The position numbers were made by a program, and so were the translations under genes. 64,000 nucleotides of DNA from Selaginella moellendorffii (Eukaryota > Plantae > Lycopodiophyta): positions 3,406,443-3,470,442 of the forward strand of contig NW_003314265.1 in assembly GCF_000143415.4 (NCBI RefSeq). The letters are read 5' to 3'. Below are positions 1 to 14,353 of the stretch, piece by piece (the stretch's first letter is position 1; every line of letters begins with the position of its first letter). The notes below the pieces were generated by a model, which ran no database searches, was not told the origin of the DNA, and saw nothing but the letters and a program-made list of their open reading frames with translations.

Positions 1-857
1 TCTCGATCCTTTGCCATTTTGATTGTTGGTGGGCTCGTTGGAAAGAGCTCAGCCCCGTCTACCTTATATCGCAAGAATTTGGGAAGAAATTGCCTCAAAA
101 TCCACGAAGAGGTAGCCCAGAACACCAACATTATGGAAAAACATGTGCATGTCCATGATGTAGATCGACACTAAGGCGCCGTTGGTACTTCTCAAAAACC
201 TAGGACCAGGAGCACCTCTAGAAATAAACGGCATCCAAAACCAAGCCTGGAGGAGCATGAATTCCTACCACAAAGATAACCCAATCTAGCCGGAGAAGAA
301 AATCCTTTTGCATGCCGTTAATTCTCCCAAATCTAGTGCCAAGAACTACCACTACTCATAGATCTAGGCCAGATCTACAAGCCCAAATGCACTACCTTGA
401 GAAATTCGGCCGAGGATCTAGGCGAGAAAGTGAAAACCCCAAAATGCTCATCTGACCGAGCCAAGAAACGTTGTATCTCTTCAAATACTGCACGGCTTGA
501 TGAGCGCCATACCTTGCTGGAAAGAGGAGCTCCAGACCTATCCAACACACTCAAGATCAAAGAAAACCACTGCAAAATGAACAAGGAATTCCTTCCCAAA
601 CTCTGCGGCCAAAAGAAAAGAGAGAAATGACGCTTCAGAAAGTCCTGCGCTTCATGCCGGGTTCACCATTTGTTGGGGGAAGGAGGGGCGCTTCCCCCAA
701 CGCTCACTCAAACACGAGAAATGCTTCACTGCTCTCCACAAAATGCCCCCCCTCGCCCTTGTGAGGCAAGGGTTTTATACAAGGAAGATGGGGAATATTC
801 TGAGGACCAGAATATTCCCTCCCTCTCTCTCACTCTCTCAGTGGCCACGCCCTAACA
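1..857. repeat. Probable LTR remnant, terminating in ...CCCTAACA; diverged second copy at about 53160-53650
   Basis: About 330-845 aligns by eye with about 53160-53645 (e.g. 'ccttgctggaaagagg...gacctatccaa', 'gggttcaccatttgttggggga', 'aaatgcccccc'). It ends in CA and is followed abruptly by a different retroelement fragment. Confidence 0.5.
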
Positions 858-859
858 AT

Positions 860-2788
860 ATTTTTGCACTTTCTACCATGCCTTAGTAAGTATTCATAGG
901 GTTGAATCTATCCAATAGCCTAGAGAGTGGTTCCTCAATCTGGGTATGCTCACTTTGTAATCCCACACATTGGGATTAACGTTGCTACTTATGGGCTTTT
1001 ATATACCCATCATTAACCTTTGCCAAAATCCCTTTTTGGCTTTGTCCAATTTAGGTAGATGGACTTCTCCCGTCTTCACAACCTTGGACATTTGGATAGC
1101 ACCTCATATCCATCGTTCGCTAAGGACTTAGTCCCTTAGGCTTTATCTAATGCCCTTGCGACACCAAACACCATTTTCTAGTGCTTTTAAAGTGTTTGGG
1201 TGTCCCAATGATGGCTTTCTTTGACAATGAGCATTCCCTTTATAACATTAACTTATTATATTGCAACGTAAGCAAATTATCCCCCCATAAGGGTATGTCC
1301 AACTTCTTTATCCCAATAAGAAGTCTTGGGTAGTAACCTTCTACTAATTTAATCAATTATTTTGCACCTTTTGCTTAGTTGCTTCATAGTTGTCAAGTCT
1401 TACACTCATTGTTGATGCTTCCACACCTCCATCATTATTTGGGTTACCACACTCCAATGGCATGCCTTCCAGTTTAGGTTATGCCATTCCCATTTTCATT
1501 AGAATTCTTTTGAGAAGGGGTTCTTATGAACCCACTAACTTGACCTCAAGGCATCATGCTTTGGCACATTTGGTGTCTCCACACCATCAGCTCCACGAGC
1601 CTACGTTTATAACACTTCTTATTTGTGTCTAGGTCCTTATCAAGAGCAATATATTTCTTTCTCATGCCAACTATCTGTTAGTATTGCACTATAGAGTTTA
1701 CGCACAACTTTGTGTCAAAGTTGTTTTCTTTTGGGAACACCTTTCCCACGACTTTAGTATGGCACATTTTGCCATCAATGAGATACCCACTATTCTCATA
1801 CTTGGATCTTATGATCCTCCCCATCCTTCGTGGGGTACAACACACCTCAATCCAAATGTTTCCATTCCCTTAGGATTATTCCTTGACTCTACTTAAGTCA
1901 TCTAGCTTTTTGGACTTTGCTAACCTGACGACCGTGAGGTCCTACTTTTGAGGTGCTAGCTCACTAGAATACAATTTCTTTTTGTCATGTCTTACTCACA
2001 AGGACCATCTTTTGGAGCTCTAACCATGGGCTTAGAACAAGGTTCCGTTGAGCCATGCCAAGTATCTAAGTAGGTAGTGCCACCATATTTGGACTGAGAG
2101 CATCAACTATTCGATCTCCCGAGGGGACTAGAGCTAGCTCTTGAACACTTCACCAAGCTACCTCACTTGTCAGTCCGTATTCACTCTAGTCTTAGACTTC
2201 CCAATGGTTATCCCATCACCCAACACCTAAGCACAACCTTCCTGGGCCAAATTAACCTTTCCTAGCCAAACTGGCTCCACTAGAGTCCTCCCCTTACTAT
2301 ACTTTTGGAGCTCACCAAACCCCCTAAGGTCTAGGAGATGAACACTTTGGGCTTTCACCCTCCGACTCGGACTTGGACCCGGACTCAATCCCGGTCTTAG
2401 TCTCAGTCTCGACCTCGGACTCCATCTTCGGTCCTTCTTGAACTCCATTTTGGATTCCATCTCAAATCCATCTCGAACTCCATCTCGAGTCCATCTCAGA
2501 CTCCATCTCGGACTCTGTCTCGGTCCATCTCGGACTCCATCTTGGTCCATCTTGGACTCCACCACATGTCATGTGATAGTCCTCTTGTGTCCCTTTTCTA
2601 AAGACTCTCTTATTGCTCACTTTATGCTCATTCTTTAAGCATTCCGACAGGAGTTCCACTCCTGCTCTTAACACTTCAAGTCTAAGCTTTTAGTCCAAAC
2701 ATATTACGCTTGTTTGGCTTTTGCTTCGGCCACTACCATATGGCACCCTTTCGGCTCCACTTTGGGGTTTAGGGATTTGTGTCTCATA
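860..2788 (-). mobile_element. Truncated, internally deleted copy of the LTR element at 4854-12607 (gag/protease remnant plus partial LTR)
   Basis: 860-2010 matches 9470-10620. At 'ccatcttt' it jumps to LTR sequence matching about 5475-6524 and 11925-12607, and it ends ...tgtgtctcata. Confidence 0.8.
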
Positions 2789-2801
2789 TAGAGACACAAA
2801 T

Positions 2802-4853
2802 AAATAGGAAATATTTTGGAAGTCCCTCTTTAATATTGTCCTAAAGTGAACTGGTAAGCCCACAATCTTTTACAATTTCATGGTAGATGGGGCTGGTGCA
2901 AATTGGAATGGTGTCTAGGTAGTTTTTGGGAATGGTTAGTCATTGGAAGGTCGTGAGAGGATTTGTGAGTTCCATTGGGCTCAAAGCCTAAACCAGCACT
3001 GTCACCTTATCAAGCCAGAGTTCAATTAATGTTTAAAGAGTTGTGCAAACAATGGTAAATTGCACCTTTTGAAGAAGAGCATGAGGTAAAAACAAATAAG
3101 ATTTGAATGTGGTGGCGTGAAGATGGTCATATAGACGTAAGTTCTCTACCACAACTTAAATCATGGTTAAGGTGGTGGGAAGTTAGGATGTTTCAATAGG
3201 GATATCACTCTTTTCAAGTTGGTTTCTATTTTTTCTTCTCATTTATTACTTTTTAATATTGCCTTTTCCATTAAGATCAACCACTTAAGGACCTCGCATA
3301 CACCCCAACTATGAATTTCTCCAAAAGTAAGTATTGGAGTTGGCGTTCCTCTGAGGTAGGGAAAGAGAAGATGAGTTTATATGAAGCTTATCTATTATAT
3401 TTGATATGTGTTATAGAGCAATCTTCAAAAGTATTAGCATTTGAGGAAGGAAGATACGTGGGAATAAAGCCTTCTATTGAGATGTTACATAATAAGATAA
3501 AGAGAAAATTAACTCTGCTCACCCAAACAATGGCAATTATAGTTAAAAAAGTGGTCTGTGGCACATTTATCAAGTACACTCCCCAACCTTCTATTGGTGA
3601 TATGAAGACTATCTACTCAAAGTGTCATTTTTCCTTTGCTAGTGAAGATATTGGCATAGACCTTAGAGCAAAAAACTCTTACAGACCTGATGTAGAGTAC
3701 CATTCTGCTCCAAGACACCGGTTTTAGACTAAGCCACCCAATGCATGCTCGCAAAATCAAATATAAGGTGTGTGAGGATGCTTCTGAGGGGCAAATGTTA
3801 AACCTAGATTCATAGTGACAAATTTACTTTTGTTCCAGCCCCATGTTTTTATGGGGAACGAAAGCAAGTAGAATTTTCAAGATAGTGCTGGCTATATTGT
3901 TGCAACACCAATGCCAACTATACAAAGTGGCTTGAAGGCATTATAGTGACTAAACCTATTATAGTACCTAAAAAATGGCTGGTTGCTAATGGGGTTGTGC
4001 TCACCTCAGATGAGATTGAAAACCTTGAGAAATATGGTTTCAATCTTAAGAGGAGAGTTAGAGACATAACTATCAATACTAGAAGTATTCTCACAAAGAT
4101 GCACAAAACACTTCAATGTGAGATTCTCTCCACGAAGTACATCATTCCGCTTGCAAAAGAGTATATAGTCAAAACAGAAAGTGGAGGATACACAATTGTC
4201 ATTCAAGACTTTCCTTTTTACATATGTCCAGACTTTATGAAACGTGAGAAATATGGAAAGATATATGTTCCTTACAAGCATATGTACTACATCTTCATCA
4301 ACAGCTTGCACCATGATCCTAAAATGGATATTCATATACATCAAGAAAGCCTACAGAAAACTTTTGGAGCTAACTAGATTTTCCAACACTATCGATGTTT
4401 ATTCTCTATTAATAATATAAACTTATTATACTTTATATAATTAATAAAAAATATTTTTTCATTTCACTTTTCATTTTATATACTTGCGAGTGTTCTTTTT
4501 GTAATACTTGCCATGGTACTCATGTGTCTCTATTTTTTTCTTTACCATATCAAAAAATATTTCATAGTAGTTTTTCATGTGTATGATGTTGTAGTGTGTC
4601 ATGAAAGCATATATACTATCATATTGATCATTGCTATTGTTTCCACCAGAAGCTATAAAATATATAAAGTAGCAGAATTGTAGTTTTCTAAAACAAGTAA
4701 GAAGGCATTTCTTTTTCACCCAATTTGTCACACCTTCTGTTATTGCATTTATCTTCAACTTATAATCACTATCATTATTATCCTTTTTTTTTATTCTCTT
4801 GTGTCGTTTAGTTATGTTGTACAATAGAATAATTATTGCATCTTCTAACCTTT
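2802..4853 (+). pseudogene. Decayed copy of the MULE transposase 3' part (DDE core to SWIM) plus the small Zn-finger ORF; same family as 38541-50234, opposite orientation
   Basis: Colinear reverse-complement similarity to 39140-41375. ORF fragments 3311-3727 and 3946-4377 match 39626-40867, and 4471-4875 matches 39235-39534. Many stops and two internal deletions. Confidence 0.9.
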
Positions 4854-7800
4854 TGTAAGTGACTAATTTTTTCATTCTACTTTAGTCACTTAACCACACT
4901 TCCAACCATTTGGAGGAGTCTCATTCTCAACCTCCATAAGTCCATTTAAGGACTTGGGGCTTGCTCGCCTTGAAACCTTTGCACTTCGTCCAAGTCCTCC
5001 ATGTGTTTGATCCCATGACCGACACTCCAAGATACCACCGACATATCAACCCGTTACGCTAAAGCTATGCCCATTCACCTTGGTCACACCAGTAGTCTAA
5101 CACCACCTGCATCACAGTCCTGTCTCTCAAAGACTGAGCCATCCATTTATGGGTGATCATCCCAGATCCACTCTTTAGCATCCTTAAGATGCCCGTAGAC
5201 AGGGGGAATAGCCTTCCCCAATATCTCTTTTCCGGTCCCCACCAAGTCCCTTTCTGTCCATGGCAGGGATCGCCAACACTGCCACTGGATCAAGGCCCAC
5301 CGGCCCAACCACCAAGCCCCACTGTTCACTGGGACTTCCTCACTGTGTGACCATATCCTTAGTCACCACACTAGAGGATTACTCCTCTTCCTTTCCACCA
5401 TTTAAGACTTTGGGACAACATTTTGAAACATCGTGGCCCTACACGAGCCTCATGGGTACTCTCCCTGCCTTCCACCTTTGGGTGCTCTAGCCATGGGCTT
5501 AGAGCGAGGTTCTGTTGAGTCACGCTAGGTATCCAAGTAGGTAGTGCCACCTACACTTGGATTAAGAGCATTGACCATTCAATCTCCTAGGGGAACTAAA
5601 GCCAGCTCTTGAACACTTCACCAAGCTACCCCATTTGTTAGTCCGTATTAACTCTAGCCTTGGACTTCCCAGTGGTCATCTCATCACCTAACAGCTGGGT
5701 ATGGCCTTCTTGGGCCAAACTGGCCTTTCCTGGCCAAACTAACTCCACTAGGATCCAACCCCCACACTCTCCCTACTATACTTTTGGAACCCCTTGCAGT
5801 GCCCCCCCCAGGGGGACAATTGCTTTAGGCTTTCACCCAACAGCTTGTATTAGTATTCAGACTCGGACTCAGACTTGGTCTCGGTCTTGGTCTCGGTTCC
5901 ATCTCGGACTCCATCTTAGACTCCATCTCGGGTCTATCTCAGACTCCATCTCAGGTCCATCTCGGACTCCATCTCAAATTCCATCTCGGGTCCATCTCGG
6001 ACTCCATCTCAGACTCCATCTTGGGTCCATCTCAGACTCCATCTCGGGTCCATCTTGGACTCTATCTCAGACTCCATCTCAGGTCCATCTCGGACTCCAT
6101 CTCAAATTCCATCTCGGGTCCATCTCGGACTCCATCTCAGACTCCATCTCGGGTCCATCTCGGACTCCATCTCAGACTCCATCTTGGGTCCATCTCAAAC
6201 TCCATCTCGGGTCCATCTTGGACTCTATCTCAGACTCCATCTTGGGTCCCTCTCGAACTCAATTTTGGGTCCATCTTGGGTCCATCTCAGACTCTTCCAC
6301 ATGTCATATGTTAGTCCTCTTGTGTCCCATTTCTAGAGACTCACTTATTGCTTGCTTCGTGCTTGTTCTTTGAGCACTTTGTTAGGAGTTCCACTTCCAC
6401 TCTCGACCTTTCAAGTCGAAGCTTTTATTCCAAACGTGTTATGTTTGTTTTGCTTTCGCTTCGGCCACTACCACATTGCACCCTTTCAGCTCCACATTGG
6501 AGCTTAAGGATTTTGTGTTTCACAACTCCACCACCCATAAACAAAGTTTGATGTCTTCATCGGATGATAAACTATTTTATAAAGTATTACCAACATATAT
6601 TACCATTTCCATCCTTGGCACTTTGCCAATATTCGTCAATGGTTTGACACTAAAGGCTCACCATGCCTTGCCCATTCTCTAAGGGGCATAGTCTCTTCAA
6701 CTTAGAGATTCATTTGACCACTTGTCTCATTTTATTGGTTTAGTTCTTAGTAAACTTGTTAGAAGCACCTTCTTTATCGCAATCCCACTACTCATTCTCG
6801 AGTAGTCTTAATTTCCATCGATATAACTTTTGCACTTTGGAACTTTTAATTTTGACTTCTTGAAGTCAATTTCCTAGGTGTCTTTGACACCTTGCATTAC
6901 ACATATTGTGCAACTCCACTTCCCCATCCTAGGAAGTTCTCTACTTGAGAGCACCATCATCTTCTCTTCTATTTCATACCATCTTTGGCACTAAGTTTCA
7001 ATTATCATAATTTTGTGCTAGGGCTGTCCACGGCCCTATCATTTGGCTACCTTATCGCTCCCTCCCTTGGAACTTCCACTTTCGCAAAATCGGAGCAATT
7101 GGGAATCCATCCTTGGAAACATATTGTCTTCCCACAATCTGTTAACATCCAACATATTAGTGTTCCTGGCCTAACTTTGTCATTTGGGTTCTGTCCCATG
7201 ATCCCTATGGCAATTTTCTTAGCCACTAGTCTTTTGCTCCTATCCATTAATTGTTGTACCAAACAATATAGAATCACTACCTCTATCCTTGATGTATTTT
7301 TTTAGTTCTTTGCCAAGTCCAGAAGGTGCTCACCCTTAGTAAGTATTTTTAGCATTTTCTGCCATGGGCTCCATCCACGGCCTAACTTTGTGATCCTCCC
7401 ATGGGTCTCTCTTAGAGATTACTTTCTTTGGACTCACTATACCATTGCATTGACGTAGCTCATTTCCCTTAAATGTCCTTCCCACTTGGTCACCTTGACC
7501 AAGCCACACCATTATCATTAGTTTAAATCAATACTTTGAACTAGAAACCTTATTCCTTACCCAAACAAAAACTTTGTCCTTATTTAGCCACCAGATTGCC
7601 TACTGATCTCATCTTGGCACTTTAACAGGTTTGCCAATAAATACTAGATCTTCTAGACCTTTAAAATGTTGACCATGACCCTGGGGGCATCCCCCACGCT
7701 TGGTGGTGCACCCAAACCAGCCCTTCTGGCTAAGGGTCCATAGCAACTGAGACTAGGTGTCCCCATCTCATTCACCACATCCTTGGTGCCACTTGCACTA

Positions 7801-10800
7801 AAGTGTTTAAGTTAGATATGCTGAGCTTTCACATTAAACAATCTAACCATGCATCACGACTCTGGGGCATCCCCTGGTTGGTAGTGTGCCCAAGCTAGTT
7901 TCCTTACTAAGAGTCCATGATCACCAAAAAATGAGTGTCCTCATATTCCAAACCATCATTATGCCCTAGTGAGTTAGGACTCGAACCCAAGCACTAAGGG
8001 AGAGACGGTAGCGGTCAAGGACTAAGGGAGCTAAAGGTCACTTTAGGGGTGACTTGGAGCAATTGGGACTTGAAGAAGTTCCCAGCTTTCTGGATTCTCT
8101 GTGGACGACTATGTATGGTGTCTTGCTTCGAGGTGATCGGGAAGGGAGGATTTTTGGAACCAGTGGCAGGGATTGCTGCCACAAGTGGGGCCAGTGGCTA
8201 ATGAGGTTAATGCTATGTGATATGCGTAAGGGATCCATATATATCTTCTCCAACGCCTGCTTGGAGTTCGCTCCCTTTGGAGGAGGTTCGCGCCCTTTCC
8301 TCAATCCCTACTGCAAGGCTAGGACTCAGTTGAAGATGAGCTAGCGCACTTGTCTCATATGGGAGGCAAGGTAGCACACTCCAGCCTTGAGCTGGAGGAC
8401 ATTCACACCTCGCTTGGAGCTATGAGTTGGAGTTGTGTCATGACTGGACACTATTTTGGTTGGTGGTGGAGCACTCTAGGCAAGTCTCGCAGGGCATGGA
8501 GTGTAGCAGGTGGCTTCAAGTTCCGCAGAGTCATCTGGGAGGCAGACGGCCCAAGAGCAGTGTCGGGCGTTCGTGCTCGTGGAGTGGAGCAGGTGGCCTC
8601 AAGTTTTGTGGTGGAGGCACCTGGGAGGCGGATGACCCAAGAGCAGCACTGGGTGTTCGTGCTCATGGTTTTGCTAGTTTCGCTAGTTACCCTAAGAGTG
8701 CGCTCTCAAATTTTGTATTACCCCTTAAGAGGATGTGGAGAAATGTACCTATATGTTGCATCAAACCTAAGCACTAGAGGGTCAGGACTCAAACCCAACC
8801 TTCGTATATGCATCTACAGACAACATCACCCAAGATGCTTGGCGTGACTCCCCACACTGGTGCACCAACTTATACTTAAAGCACGCTACAAATCACAGCT
8901 TAGGAACCTAGTTCCTCCAAGTCCTTTCATTTAACATGTCTGTAATCATGCATAGACTCCTCCATGCTTGGCCTCATGGGCCACCCCTTTTGAAGTTAGC
9001 ACTTTCAACTAGGGTATTTGTTCCCCCGACTTGTCAACCTCACCTAGCAAGTCATCTGACCACCGTAACATAGTTCATGCACAAACGTGAAAGCCCTTAA
9101 CCATCGACTTTCATTCAAAGCCCTCTCTTTGAACACTCGGGAATTACTTCCCTAACTTTGATAGCCTCACCTTATGGCAAGCTTCAAGACCACGCTTTTG
9201 CTGTGCCACTTTGATTTTGCACACTCTATGAACTATTTACACTTGGCTTTATAGGTACTTATCTACCTAGAATTGTCTTTGAGAACCTTCAAGGAACTAT
9301 GTTCCTTAGCTTGCTAAGGCCTCTCTTTTCGCAAGCTTTCTAATTGTCATATGGTCTAACAAGGATAATTCCACATTTTAGACTCTCTATGGCATCACGG
9401 TTGCTAATAACAACATGCTCAAGCACTCTCATACATTTCCTTCAGTCATTCTCCTCCAGACTAGAAGGATAGTTTTGCACTTTCTACCATGCCTTAGCAA
9501 GTATTTATAGGGATGAACCTACCCAATATCCTAGGGAGTGGTTCCTCAATCCGGGTATGCTCACCTTGTAACCCCACACACCAAAATTAATTTTGCTACT
9601 TATGAGCCTTTATATGCCCATCATTAGCCTTGCTAAAATCCCTTTTTGGCTTTGTCCAATTCGGGTAGATGGACTTCTTTCGTCTCCGCAACCTTAGACA
9701 TTTAAATAGCACCTTATATTCATCATTTGCTAAGGACATTATCCCTTGGGCCTTATCTATTGAGCTCATGACACCAAACACCACCTCTAGGTGTTCTAGA
9801 GTGCTTAGGTGTCTCAATGATGGCCTTCTTGACAATGAGCATTCCCTTTATGATATTGACTTATTATATCGCAACATAAGTAATTTATTCCCTATAAGGG
9901 TATATTTAACTTCTTTATCCCAATAAAAAGTCTTAGATAGTTACTTTTTACCAGTTTAACAAATTAGTTGCACCTTTTGCTTAGTTACCTCATAGTTGTT
10001 AAATCCTACAATTCATTGCTAGTGCTTCCACACCTCCATCATTATTTGGGTCACCACACTCCAATGGCATGCCTTCCAGCTTAGGCTATGCCATTCCCAT
10101 CTTCATTAGGATTCCTTTGGGAAGGGGTTCTCACGAACCCGCCAACTTCACTTTAAGGCATCACGTTTTGGAACATTTAGTGTTTCTATACCATCGGCTC
10201 CACGAGCCTACGTTTATAACACTTCTTAGTTGTGTCTAGGTCCTTGCCAAGAGTAATATATTTCTTTCTCATGCCAACTATCCATTAGCACTGCACTATA
10301 GAGTTTATACACAACTTTGTGTCAAAGTTGTTTTCTTTTGGGAACACCTTTCCCACGACTTTAGTATGGCGTATTCTGCCATCAATGAGATACCCACTGT
10401 TCTCATATTTGGATCTTATGATCCTCCCCATCTTTCATGGGGTACAACACACCTTAGTCCAAATGCTTCCATCAATCCCTTAGGATTATTCCTTGACTCT
10501 ACTTGAGTCATCCAACTTTTTGGACTTTGTTAATCCAACAACCCGTGAGGTCCTACTTTGAGGTGCCAGCTCACTAGAATACAACTTCTTGTATTCATGC
10601 TTTACTCACAAGGACCATCTTTGCAAGTATTACTCTGACACTTGATTTTGTTCTCTAGGGGCAACCTTTGCCCCTTATGACTACTTGTCCATGTGATAAG
10701 AATACCAACTCATCCAACTCCTTGGGTTATTCTAACATTTATTAAAGGTAGCCCTGCCTACCATATCAAGAACTTGTGTCCTCTTCCATATTTGACTTCC

Positions 10801-12607
10801 CACGGTCATCAATTCTAGTCTTAAATTCATGAGCACTAGCCTCAACTATATAAGGGTAATATTGTGACTCCTTTATTGTTTTGGAGTCTGCATCTTTCCC
10901 GTGATCCCAACTATAGTTGTTTATTACAATTACATTAGCCCATTTACTAAGTCAAACACTCATCTAGATCACATCCTCAACTCTCTAAGAAAACCCTTAT
11001 ACTGTTCCCAAGATCCCAAAGTCGTTCCTTGCTAACCCTTTTTCCATCCACCATATTGCGCACAAGTTCATACATGTACTTGAGTGGAGAGCTATGTCCT
11101 CTCAACATGCTACTCTTTGAGGATAGGTCCATACCTAGAACCTTCCAATTCCAATACAAGTGGTGATATATTTAACCACCAATAAAAGTTGGACTAAGGA
11201 ATAACTCTAATACCAAATTGTAAGTGACTAATTTTTCTATTCAACTTTAGTCATTTAACTACACAGTGTAGTTAAATGGCTAAAGTTGAATAGAAAAATT
11301 AGTCGCTTACAATTTGGTGTCACCTCCGACCACTTGGAGGAGTCTCATTCACAATCTTCATAAGTCCATTTCAGGATTTGGGGCTTGCTAACCTCGAGAA
11401 TGGCATCCATGCCACTCAACCTTTGCACTTGGTCCAAGTGCTCCACGTGTTTGATCCTATGACTGACACTTTAAGATACCACTGACATATCAGCCCGTTA
11501 CGCTAAGGCTATGCCCATTCACCTTGGTCACACTAGTGGTCTAACACCACCTACATCAAAGTCCCGTCTCTCAAAGACTGGGCCATCCGTCTATGGGTGA
11601 TCATCTTAGATCCACTCCTTAGCATCCTTAGAATGCCCGTAGACAAAGGGAATAACCTTCCTCAATATCTCTTTTCCAGTCCCCATGAAGTCCCTTTCTG
11701 TCCATGGCCGGGATCACCAACATTGCCACTAGATCAAGGCCCACTGGCCCAACCACCAAGCCTCATTGTCCACTGGGACTTCCTCACCGTGTGACCGTAT
11801 CCTTAGTCACCACATTAGAGGACTACTCCTCTTCCTTTCCATTGTTTGGGACATTGGGACAATATTTCGGAACACCGTGGCCCTACGCGAGCCTTATGGG
11901 TACTCTCCCCACCTTCTGCTTTTAGGTGCTCTAGCCATGGGCTTAGAGCGAGGTTCCATTGAGCCACACTAAGTATCCAAGTAGGTAGTGCCACCCATAC
12001 TTGGACTGGGAGCATCGACCATTCGATCTCTCGGGGGAACTAGAGTCGACTTTTGAACACTTCACCAAGCTACCCTGCTTGTTGGTCCGTATTCACTCTA
12101 GCCTTGGACTTCCTAATGGTCATCTCATCACCTAATCCAACCCCCACACTCTTCCTACTATACTTTTGGAACCCATTGCAACCCCCCCCCCCCCCTTCCC
12201 TTTATTGGGGGACGATCGCTTTGGGCTTTCAACCAACAGCTTGTATTAGTATTCAGACTCAGATTCAGTCTTGTTCCTGGTTTCAAACTCGGACTCAGTC
12301 TCGGTTCCATCTCAGACTCCATCTCAAGTTCATCTCAGACTCCATCTCGGGTCCATTTTGGACTCCATCTCAGACTCTTCCACATGTCATGTGTTGGTCC
12401 TCTTGTGTTCCTTTTCTAGAGACTCACTTATTGCTCACTTCATGCTTGTTCTTCGAGCACTTCATTAGGAGTTCCACTCCTGCTCTCAACCTTTCAAGTC
12501 AGAGCTTTTAGTCTAAATATGTTACGCTCGTTTGACTTTCACTTTGGCCACTACCACATGGCACCCTTTCAGCTCCACATTGGGGCTCAGGGATTTTGTG
12601 TCTCACA
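4854..12607 (-). mobile_element. Degenerate Ty3/Gypsy-type LTR element inserted into the old MULE copy; no RT/IN recognised, possibly non-autonomous
   Basis: LTRs TGTAAG...CACA at 4854-6524 and 11219-12607. Met-type PBS remnant at about 11205-11218 (ctctaataccaaat) and PPT at 6525-6536 (actccaccaccc). Flanks are CCTTT/CCCTT; the intact MULE has a single CCCTT at this site. Confidence 0.85.
5865..6295. repeat. About 12-bp unit tandem array (CTCCATCTCAGA/GTCCATCTCGGA) inside the LTR; shorter versions at 2360-2560 and 12250-12380
   Basis: Directly visible periodicity; it produces the repetitive SISDSISG/RTPSQTPS ORFs. Confidence 0.9.
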
Positions 12608-13203
12608 CCCTTAAACCCTAAGAAGAAGGAGTTAAAATTACCAACATTAGAACCCACAAAAATTTGTGTGTATTTTCTTCTTTTTGAATGAGAGTGCAAA
12701 TGAAGATTCATAAATTCTAGACAATATGCTATGACAAACCTCTCAAGAATGTATTTTAGAAAAGAACTAAATCTTTCTTATATATGCAATAGGCATACAT
12801 GAATGATTGTTTTTTTTCCTTTCAAATAGTTATATGGCTTTATATAGAAATTTATTTCAAATTTAATAATTTTTTAATTTTGACAAATCTGACATTTACT
12901 AGCTAGAAAGTATAGAATACAAATTTAAGGAAGTGACAAGAATGCTTTTTCTACAAACATCTTATTTTATATTGTAATAAACATCCAATTATGGCATGTA
13001 GTAAATATTTAAATTGTTAAGACAAGAAGTGTCATTTAGAACATTTTTATCTATATAATATTTAGAGAGTTATGAAATTATTAAGTTCACTATAACTTTA
13101 ATATTTTAAAGTTTTTAATGTTTGTATTAAATTAAAATTGAAACTTGAGCTCAACTCACGAGCTTAACTCTTCAACTCGTGAGCTCAAATATGGTCCACA
13201 CTC
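12608..13203 (+). mobile_element. Terminal segment and TIR of the decayed MULE copy (continuation of 2802-4853)
   Basis: Reverse-complement match to 38541-39146, ending in gagctcaactcacgagc...atatggtccacactc. Confidence 0.85.
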
Positions 13204-14353
13204 TCTCCTAGCATTCTATTTTGTTTTCTGTTTAGTTTTTTTGTCTATCTCTACCTTATTATTTCTTTTTTTTTCTTGTTGAAGAGGTGGGAAAGATTAG
13301 TTTGCATATGAACCTATGTCTCCCCACCTTCATTTTTCCTAGAGGTGAGATTTTTTGGTTTCTTCTTGTTTTTGGGGGTGAGATCTCTATATTTTAAAAA
13401 ATATAGAGAGATAAAAATATTAATTCTTGTGCAAACTAACATCTTCAAGGTTTTTTCTTGATTTTAAGGATTTGATGGGGCATTTTTTGTGAAAACAAGA
13501 GGGTGGAAGATGTTGATTCTTGCGTAAACTAACTTCTCCTATATTCTTGTCTTATTTTTCTTTTTTCTTGAGGCCTTCTCAATCTTAAGAATTTATGTTT
13601 TTTGAATTTTAAAGAGGTAGGGTGAGGTTGGTTCTCACATGAACTGACTTCTCTTAGTGACTTGTGTTTTATTTTCTTTGCATTTTATGTAGTAAGCTCT
13701 ATTTTGTTAAAGTGGGATTTATTCAGTAAAATGGGACTAGGTACAAATTTTCAAGTATTTGAAAATGACATGAAATTATATGTTTTTTGTCCAGGGGCTA
13801 GACATATCTGGGGCATGGTGACTAGCGCGGTGACTTTGTGTCCAGACTGAGTCCATCTGGTTGTATAATAACTCTTATTGTCAAGGTGAACAAGCCGAAT
13901 CTGAAGCTAAAGAAGAGCGATGGCATGCGCGCACATACTATTTGTTTGTTCATTGAGCTTGTGGTGAGCTTTCCAAGATGAATGTCATTCCTATTAGCCA
14001 CACATATAACTTAATGGTGAGAACATTTAGATATTATTCAATGTTATCTTTTTCTAACAAATCTAATTGTGAAGGTGTAGCAAGAGGCATTGCTAGTCTG
14101 GAGAAGTCATTTAACTCATTTGACCCTTAGTGTATTTTCATGAAACTAAATAACATTCATATTATTAAGAAATTTCTCTAGTACCTTTTTTTTACGACAT
14201 AGAGGCTTGCATTTCTTTCAAAGGTGATTTAGTAAAAGGCCTGAGGGCACATGCCATTCTATTTCTCAGACCGGTATTAAGATATACTAGTGCAAAGGGA
14301 AAAAGATATTTGGTGATCAAGTAAATGGCATGAGGGCACACGCCATTATAAGC

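Noticed and set aside
5660-6373. Overlapping repetitive ORFs (also 2227-2674 and 25111-25767)
   Set aside because: By-products of stop-free 12-bp tandem arrays inside LTRs.
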